Of a stretch of DNA of 64,000 nt, positions 54,955-64,000 are shown piece after piece. Each line of letters begins with the position of its first letter. The stretch's first letter is position 1. The notes under the pieces were generated by a model that saw only the letters and a list, made by a program, of their open reading frames with translations, made no database searches and had not been told where the DNA came from. Source of the DNA: Trichosphaerium sp. ATCC 40318 (lineage: Eukaryota > Protista > Tubulinea); the NCBI GenBank assembly GCA_038496445.1, contig JALMLS010000466.1, positions 434,001-498,000 of the forward strand, read 5' to 3'. The translations under genes were made by a program, and so were the position numbers.

Positions 54955-57781
54955 TTAGGCAGTGTCATTCAAAGCGTCTGCTTTGAACGAACCACTACTT
55001 AATTTAAACAGAATATCGTCAAGTTTTCCACATGATGCTGCAACAAATCCTAAGTATATTGGAGATGCTCTATATGGTCGTGTCATGAATTCAGGATGAG
55101 ATTGAACTCTAATCGAATCGTTAGTTTACCAAACTTACGGTTTTTTCTGTTGGTACCCTATGTAGAATGGATGTGTAGGCAGTTCAATGATTTCTTGTCT
55201 ATCACCTGTCTCAGAATCTTGGTTTACACCAACAAACATGAGACCGTTTTTCTCAAACTCAGGAACAAGTTCAGGGTTAACCTCATATCTAAGAAAAAAT
55301 TGAGAAAAAGGTTATTTTCCTCATTGTTGTGCTCTAATCATACCTGTGTCTGTGTCTTTCAGATATGACTTTTTTGCATCCGTAGAGTTTGTACGTGATA
55401 CAATCTTCAGTCTTAAACACTGTAGAACGCTTACCAAGCCTCATAGTACCACCCTGTTAAAACCAAGTCAACAAACTTACAACAAAAAACATAAGAATTA
55501 TCTTTTTGAGCACTTACCATTTTACCACTGTGTTCGAGCATCTTAACAATAACCTTTGGTTCAGATTTATCATCCAATTCAGCTGATCCAGCATTTTCCC
55601 AACCCAAAACAGAACGTGCATACTCAACAACAGCAATCTAAAAAAAAGAATTAAGAAGCTTATTTTTTCTTCGTTTATCTCTTTTTGTCGTACCTGCATA
55701 CCAAGACAAATACCCAAATAAGGTATTTTATGTTCTCTAGCATGTTTTGCAGCGAGAATTTTACCTTCAGTGCCTAAACGAAGGGAGATGAGCAACTTGT
55801 TTTTTAAACACGTGAAAAACACGTGTACCTCTGCTACCAAAGCCACCAGGTACAAGAATACCATTAGCTTTATGAAGTGTGCCCCATGACTCAAAATAAG
55901 CAGCAGGATCATCTGCTTTCTTCTTTTCTTCCAAGCACTCAGCTTCAATCCAATGAATTTTGATTTTATGTTTCACTTGGAAGGAAGCATGTTGAAGTGC
56001 CTTGATAACACTCAAATAAGAATCTTGTAGGCCTGTATATTTGCCTATAAACGAAGAAATTAGCAAAAGCAACAAGATATAAGAATAGCAACACCGTAAA
56101 ACTCGAGGACGGATAAGAAACAAACAATTGATAGGTTTGTTTAAGAGAAAAATATCAATTAGTATTGAGAATGTCACGTACCAACCATAGCAATATGAAT
56201 AGTCTCTGAGTCTTCAAAACGATCTAAACTATCTACAACATCTGCCATAGCATCCCATTTTTTCAATCGTGGCATGCTCTTACTACAAAAAGGCGTTAGA
56301 AGGATCATGTTGGTACCAACATTTCGCTTATTCAAAAAAAATAATGTTTCGACAAACCTTGGTGTGGTTGCGAGTTTGTTTGCCAGAATTTTAGACAATC
56401 CTTGTTTGAGCAGCAAGCCTTATTGTTTTTTTTAACACTAGTGTATAATACTTATCTTATAAGTGACTTACTTGGTACTCTGTAAATATTTGAAACATCA
56501 TGACAACCAAGAACATGTTGTGGAGTGACATGACAAAAGTTTGATATTTTACGTTTGGTTACTTCAGATATTGGCTGAGAAGAACGACAAATGATCACGT
56601 CAGGGTATAATCCAAGTGCCCTCAATTCACGAACCTTTAGAGCAATATAAGCACACATGCACAATATTCACAATAACGTACTGAGTGCTGTGTAGGCTTT
56701 GTTTTTTGCTCACCTTTAAATAAAAATCGTCAAAATAAAGTCAAAACAATATATATACTTGATACGCACCTACAACACCAAGGACTGGTACAAGAGATAC
56801 ATGCATAAGCATAAAATCATTTGGACCGAGTCTATCATCAAAAGAGAATTGACGAAGTGCCTATGACGACTGTTGTTAGTTGGAGTACTAAAATCTTATT
56901 TTTTTTGTTTTACCTCAATGAAAGGCATGGATTCAATATCGCCAACAGTACCGCCCAACTCAATAATACATATCTCTGGAGGATCTAAAAGTACTCATAA
57001 GTAATCATCATACACAATCACGGCTATTTAATACCATCAGAACCATCTACAGGGATGTGTGATACACGCCAAATCCAGTCTTTAATTTCATTGACAATAT
57101 GTGGCACCACCTTAATTAAAAGCGCGTTAAATCGATGAAATATAATACAGATACAAGTGTTATTTAGGAGAAAGAATATGAAGACAAGCTGTTTGATTTT
57201 TTTAAGACATTTTGATTTTTTCTTGTTTTGGGTCGCACCTGTACTGTTTTGCCCAAAAAGTCTCCACGACGTTCCTGCGGATATGTTAGTATCGTTTCAC
57301 GCGTATTATGAGGCTTAAATATCGTTGTACCTTCTCAATAACGCGATTGTAGATTTTACCAGTGGTGATGTTGTTGTCGCGTGTTAAGGTAATATCAACA
57401 AAGCGCTCATAGTTCCCCAAGTCTAAATCAGCTTCACCACCGTCGTCTAACACGAATACTTCACCATGTTCAAAGGGGCTCATTGTGCCAGCGTCTATGC
57501 TACATTTTGATTATTTTCAAGGTGATTTTACAGAATTCTGTATTGTTTAAACCGTACTTGATGTAAGGGTCGATTTTTATAGCGGTGACGCGAAATCCCA
57601 TGCTATGTTGAGTTTAGAAATCAAACAAACGAAGTTGTTCATTACGAATATAAAAGTTTGCGAAAAAAAGCGTATACGCCTCCCGCACTTACCTACGCAT
57701 AATCCTCCCTGTGCTTGAAGCAATAACACCTTTGCCCAAACCACTCAAAACGCCTCCAGATACAACTACGTAACGAACCAT
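54955..57781 (-). CDS. CTPS: CTP synthase
   Basis: [72 protein letters not shown]. Confidence 0.97.
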
Positions 57782-58094
57782 AATATACTAAGCAAGCGTA
57801 GCAATACAAACAAGCTTCCCGCCTATTTTGTGTCAAAAGAAAAGTTGGCGAAAAATATGAAATTTCTTGTAAAAACAGAAAAACTAAGTTGATTAATCAC
57901 TGTACACAAAAAAAATGAGGCTTTTTAAGCAATACAACGGTCCTACTTGTAGTCTCTATAAGGCCCCATGCGAAGTTGCTTTTCACCTGTTCAGCAACGA
58001 GTAATACAAGTAATTCGCGCTGCCTATAATGATGATCACAGACAAGTTGTAGTGTAAAGTACACGAAATAAGTTAAATTTATTGAGACAGATAT

Positions 58095-61000
58095 TTAGTT
58101 CTTTACTTCAAATCTGCTAATCATTCCTCGTACACCTGCTGGAGACTTTTGTGCTTTGCCGGATTGCAAACGAGCTAGTTTTTTCTCTCTCTTCTTTGCT
58201 TCTTCAACTTGATTATTTTCAGCTACCTCTACTTTGGTATCTACTTGCACCTCGACTTCAACTTCAACTTCAACAGCGGGTTTTGGTGCTTCCTTGGCTT
58301 CTTCCTCTTCCTCTTCCTTTGCTTTCTTGGCTGCTTCTTTAGCTTCTGCTCTAGCTGACTTGGCTGCTGCCTTGGCTTCAGCCTTAGCTTCTGCTTCTTG
58401 TCTGGCAGCTTCCTGGGCCTCGGCTTCTTTTCTAGCTGCTTCTTTAGCTTCTGCTCTGGCTGATTTGGCTGCTGCCTTGGCTTCAACCTTAGCATCTGCC
58501 TCTTTCTTGGCTGCTTCTTTGGCATCGGCTTCAGCTTTAGCCTCAGCTTCTAGTCTGGCAGCTTCCTGGGCCTCAGCTTCAGCTTGCTTTTGTCGTCGTA
58601 GCTTACGCAGTCTCTTCTTTTCCTTCCTATCTAGCTCCTTTTGTTCAGCATCACCTGTTTCACCATTGGATGTAACCTCAGCACCGAAATGAATGTCACC
58701 TTCCATGGCACCAACTTCAATTTTAAGTTCTTTTTCTTGCTCTTTTGGAGCTTCTTCCTCATTAGTTTCTTCAACTTCTTGCTTCTCAGGCTCTTCTTCA
58801 TGTTCTTCAGCGCTGGTAGCTTCTTTTTCTTCTTTTTTCTCTTTACTTTCATCTGCAGCGGATGCTGATTTTTTGTCACTATGTGACTTGTCATCAGCTA
58901 CAGGCTCTTCGTAAACAGCTTTAGACTGTTCACGTTTGAACCACAAGCGACCTATGCCACCTTGCCAAGCTTGAATGAGGTCGGCTAGAAGGACGAAATG
59001 TAAGTACAAACAAACATACAGGAGAGCTTCGTACTCTTTAATTCTGTCCGCATCTTCTTAATTGGCTTTAAGTCTACAATATCCATGTCTTTAACAAGAC
59101 AATTGATGCAATTTTGCCTGAAAAAACCCAGTTAAAATGTAAATTCTAATACATTGTATTTTGCGTACTTTAGATTTTTGTTGTACTTCAAGCACTCAAG
59201 GTATGTAGTATCCAAAATGTATAGTGCTGTTTGTGGTCTTACATTAGTTTCAAGAATCTCTGTAAGTGTTGAAAGGAGCTCTGGGATGTTAAAGCTCTCT
59301 ACAAAATCCACTAGATTACAAGCACATAATACAGGAATCTAAAAAATACGTTATAAATCACTCCTTATGGATTTTTCTTAAACGTACGTCAGTGTTTCTG
59401 AAGTAAATCCACCGTAACAATGCATCAAATGATGTTTTATCGACGCATTTGTAACGCTTATCTAGTACACAAACCTCACCTTCCTTTAGAGCAGCGAATA
59501 ATGTCTTGAACTCTTGTGAAGCCCTATACATTTTATATGAGCACAGTAAAAGGTTAAACAGATAACAGGCAATACGTACTCTACCAAAACTGCTTTGTGA
59601 CATGGTACAACGTCTCCCTTGAGCTTGAATTTGATGTCACCTGTTTTCTAAACGATTTATAAGCGATGAAAGAGAGTTGTAGAGGTAAACTTACAGGTGT
59701 GCTTTCATAGAGAGTCTTAAAGTCTTGATGAATGGTAAATTTATCAATAAGCTTTGGTTTTGGTAGAATTACAGTCTCCTCTAAAGAGCAACAACCTATT
59801 AGAATTGACACGAATAAATTTGTACTGTTACCTCCTCTAACGATTAATACAGCTTCCTGAAATAGATCCAAGCCTAAACGAGCGACCTGCTTGCTCTGTA
59901 AGAACTCTGTATTATGATCTACAGCGAATTGGAAGCAAACATCTTTTGCTGGTGTGATCTGCAATTAATGGTGAGTGTGAGTCACGGAATGAGCAAAAAA
60001 TACTAGATTCCGTACTTTCATATCACCAGAAGTGCGAAGAACTCTGTAAACATTATCGAGAGTCAATTTAGTAGATAACCATTGTTGTGCGAGTTCTAGT
60101 AAGCGTTTCATTTCGTAAGTGTGAGCGAGGTAAATCACTGACACAGCTAACATCTCTGTCAATGCATCGTAATCCAAACAACCACTAGTTTTGTACTTGT
60201 TAATAAATAGACCTCTAGATAGCAATTATTTAAATTGTTTATGTACCTGTAAATATAGTGCAATACACGTTCCAAAGCTACAGGTATAAGAGGAGGAACA
60301 TCTTCTAGCTCAAGCGTTGTGATATCTTTTTTAACTTTTCTTGTTTTCACGATTTTGGTGAACATGTTAGGACAACGAACTCTAATCACATACGAGTGTG
60401 CAGGTATAGGTGTACCCTACAGTATTACTTAACAACATCAAACAGACAAGATAGTTGCCAACGTATTAACACGTGCCTTTACTAAGAATATAACGTCTGT
60501 GAATGTGCTTGCACCTGTGGCAATCATATCTACATGATTAACCTCAAGACTAGTACGAACTGAACGCTTTGCGATAGTACCAACACGCATTGTACGATAT
60601 TTCTTGGTTGCTTTTTTCTTGCCTTTTTTACCAGGTGCGGCTGACTCGAAGCTGTATTCGTCTGCAAGAAAAACAATGTTAAAACAAGCTTGTTTTAAGC
60701 GGTAATAAAAAGAAATGTCTCGCAATATTTTTTTTCCTTATTTTCCTTGTTTAGAAATATTATCAATTTTTGTACCTTCGTATCCTGAGTTAAACGATTT
60801 TGTGCGTTTTTTAAGTGTTTTGTCTTGTTTAGAGACATTAGAGAGCCTGTGTGCGAATAAGGGAACATAAAAAGTTGCTGTTATGCGTTGTACGTCTTTT
60901 TCTTGCCACGAGCACTCTTTGGGTAAGACTTTCTTCCCGAATCTAGAGAAAATTAGCGTGTTGAAGTGTTAGATGCTGGTAAATCACCTTCTGAACTGTT

Positions 61001-61606
61001 TACAGTACTCCTTTGTGTTGAAACTCTGTCAGAACTATTGTTTCGGCTAGCATCGTCTTTACTGAGAGTAATGGCGTGTTCACTCTCCACATTATCTTCG
61101 TCTGACGTAATATAAGCTGGCATGTGCTAAAGTAGAAGCGTACCGGTAAGAACTGAAATCATGGCATTAACTTCTTTGAGAGCAGATTTAAGCGTAGCTA
61201 CGCTGTCACTGGAAAGTTTTACTGATAGTACGTTCTCTGCGTTCACCTTTCGGAATCCTATCGTAACTTACTTGTTTTGTTCAAGGTTTACATGTTATAC
61301 ATACCTATGGAAAGCAATAATGAGCGTGTTTGAGGGAATTTTTCAAACTCCCTTATTTTAAGTGTTCGCGCTGTAGCTCCGTCTGTATTCGTAGTGACAG
61401 TACTTAGTACTTTGCTCAACCACCCCATTACCACCAGGACCTATAAATATTTACCATTGGCGTTACATTGTATGTGTAGTACGTCTGGCGTTCTTGCGTT
61501 ATCATTGGGCTTGAATGACTCCAACAATTTGGAAAAGGATTCCTAACAGCTAATTTAGCTCACGTTGTTGGCAATAATGTACTTTAGGGATGGTATCCTC
61601 CGACAT
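58095..61606 (-). CDS. Tandem BTB/POZ-domain protein with charged coiled-coil tail
   Basis: TDVIFLVKGTPIPAHSYVIRVRCP, VLHYIYS, GDIKFKLKGDVVPCHKAVL, FDALLRWIY; E/A/K-rich tail. The 5' exons are less certain. Confidence 0.8.
58323..58587 (-). repeat. Imperfect internal duplication in the coding tail
   Basis: EAEAQEAAR.EAEAKAE and AKAAAKSARAEAKEAA each occur twice, with near-identical DNA. Confidence 0.8.
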
Positions 61607-61956
61607 GGCTTTGTCTTATGGGATGGAATAGAATGGCAACTATTGACTTTTGTTGATCGTGGTTTTTAAAGTTGCAAAAAGCGCTCTCCTACCTCGCTCA
61701 TGCTAAAAGAGGGTCGACCAAGGTGTTTTAAAAAAATTACGGCAGAATCGAGGTGTACTGTTGTTTCCTTTTAGGGTTAACGCCATCATTGCGTTATCGT
61801 TGATATACGAGTATCTGGCGCTGTTTATTTCGCGCAACTATGCAGTTAATGTACAATTCCTTGCCTAGCGAAACACCAAAAAGAAAAGATGAACGGTGGT
61901 TGTTGCTTTGTTAAACAATTCTTAAACGGACAATCTCATTTTATGTAAAAACTTGT

Positions 61957-64000
61957 TCATTGCGATTTCTCGTTTACTTTTTCAAGTGCCTTCTCCATTA
62001 GGCTAGTATACACAGGATTTAAATGTGTACCATCAAGTTCATACTCTTTTTTTAGCTTATCATTTTCTGTAAGCAACGAATCAAAAAATTCAAGCCATTT
62101 CATTTTAGGATTACCAAGATCTATTACTTTACGCCTGAGCACTTTGTTGAACACTTTTACTATGTGCCTACACAAAATTATAATTAAAACATGCAACAAT
62201 TCACCTCTCTTTGAACCTCGCTCTTTGCGTACCTTGTGACATCAATGACTGGAATTACAGGGTGTATGTAAATAGTGTAATCGTATTTCTCCATCAGTTC
62301 AACAAGAACTTTAAGGTAGATATCAACCGTCACAGTTGCGCCTTCTTCAATATCCTATTTTTGGAAAATTGTTTAGGTCCAAAAAAAAAAAATGCTTTTT
62401 CGCTATTTTAATGAATGTGTGGCTGAAAAAGACGAAAACAAAGAGAATAGGAGTGAAACATATAGAATAAACTCTAACGATTGTTTTTAGGGTAAATTGT
62501 TTTGCTCTTGTCTTCTGTCAAGCATGGTTTTTGTAAGAAAAAAAAAAGAGTTTTCTGGTTTGTGATGCTGTCTTACCTTGTATCTACACTTCTGTACTGA
62601 TATAACAAATCCTTCGCGACAATCTATTTCACCAAATACAAATATAATATGAGATCCTTTCGGTACAGTTGGCACTACATTATAAAAGTTCTGTTTTGGG
62701 AAGAAATTGCTTTCAGGTCTCAAATGCCAACATTTTAACCCAGTCACAAGTTTGGGGTAAATTAGATGGTCGCTACCCTATACATTGAGTTGTTAGCAAA
62801 CCAAAAAATGTGCTAAAGCCAACACTGTCTCAAGTTTGTTCAGCTGATGTACCTTATATTTTATTGTTTGCCAAGCTGGCGTCATTGAATGACTATCACC
62901 AGCGACGTATAAGTATGGCAACTTTTTTAGAGGGAGAGTGTGATACGTCATTAATTGTTGTATGCAGCAATAGTAAGCATGCTCATTACGTATGCGTGTT
63001 TCATGCATGTTTCGGCCTTCGCGTACAGGTGCTATTTTTTGTGAGTGTTGCTGTTTGTTAACACTTTCTTTTGAATAGCGTACTTATGATATCAGTCAAC
63101 GGTTCAATGACATCCAGTGCACCCACAATATAGATTATTTTAACGAGCGTACACAGTAGTGCAAGAAGATCTAGTTCCAAGGAGTTATATGGCTGATTTG
63201 GTGGTTGAATTGGGAACGACTTCATAGGGATTTTCTGTGCAGAGTTTTCTAGTTTCGGATTAGGTGACAGCTCACAAAGCCCATTAATTTTTTTTGTACT
63301 TGGCTTGTTGGGGTTTGTACTATGAAAGTCTTCTAGGTTACCAACATGGGCAATAAGGTTGTAAATATGAGCACCAGATAAATTGGATATGTGGATATCT
63401 GGATTGTTCTTGCAAAACTTCTTTATGGCATCATATGCGTCCTTTTGTACATTAGGTAGGTAACATAAAGGTGCTAGTGTACCTGGTACTTGTTAAGAAC
63501 TTCGAGTGCATGTACGTAGTTTAGGCAATATGTAGCACTGTTAGGTTCTAAATCAAGAGCTTCCTAGTGTTTCTGGTGAGGGTGATTGTGAATCTTGAGA
63601 GTTTTATACCCCATAGAGAGTTGCAGCTTCCTTAACAGCTTTTGGGAAACAGTAAGCAGGTGGATGTTTTTGTAGCAATACGCACCTCCATTATCCTTTA
63701 TAACTAGGGCAAGAAACGCTAGTGCTGGACCGGATTGCTGTGCGCTATCCATTTCATTCTTAAGCGCTTTAACACCCGCCTTTTGTGTTAACAAGCTAAG
63801 TTGTTCTCGGACAGCCTTATTTTCTAAACAAGAATAATAGTAAGTAACATGAACGAGCTGATTTTGTTTGAATACCTGATTGTGTTATAAGTAGCTTTAA
63901 AAATACTTTGAAAGCATCACTATAAAATTTTTGATATACCATTGCTTTGCCATACTCAAACAAAGCATCAAAATTATTTTCATCTCTTCCAAGCACGTTC
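61957..64000 (-). CDS. Helical-repeat (TPR-like) protein with C-terminal SGNH/GDSL-like domain; 5' end lies outside the window
   Basis: ATLYGEALDLEPNSATY (TPR-like); YVAGDSH, FGEIDCREG and LDGTHL (SGNH-like blocks). Confidence 0.75.

Noticed and set aside
58151-58914. Plus-strand Ala/Ser-rich and alternate-frame ORFs
   Set aside because: Shadows of the low-complexity E/A/K coding tail on the minus strand.
1-64000. Fragmented ORFs suggesting an alternative genetic code, RNA editing or mass pseudogenisation
   Set aside because: In the genes traced, stops and frame changes fall within short introns, and the spliced frames read in the standard code.
1-64000. DUF692/MNIO maturase, CRISPR array, tRNA/rRNA genes or transposase
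   Set aside because: No recognisable motifs or repeat-spacer structure seen by eye; absence is not proven without HMM or tRNAscan searches.

Overview
Gene-dense, AT-rich eukaryotic nuclear DNA read in the standard genetic code, with many short spliceosomal introns (mostly 30-100 nt, GTACG/GTAAG...YAG). A Dictyostelium-type STAT suggests an amoebozoan protist (inference). About 22 genes were reconstructed by hand: a degenerate P-type ATPase, a bacterial-like PARG-fold protein, a 64-aa peptide gene, LARP4-like, OLA1, NDC1, HOP1, ASNSD1, RRP12, MER3/HFM1, mitochondrial L17, a FAM172/Arb2-CBM20 fusion, a rhomboid, DYRKP, STAT, PMCA, an extended SDR, COQ2, F-box/WD40, a HEAT-like protein, nitrilase, CTP synthase, a BTB protein and a helical-repeat/SGNH protein. 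The top finding is a spliced gene missed by the ORF track (5849-6144) whose product ends exactly in CPACGMG, the core motif of bacterial ChrA-type MNIO (DUF692) RiPP precursors. It sits head-to-head with the PARG-like gene. Also notable are an AT-AC intron with U2-type signals in OLA1, frequent GC-AG introns, an intact but catalytically degenerate P2C-like ATPase and a frameshifted LRR relic. All gene models and homology calls come from manual reading and recall of motifs, without database searches.
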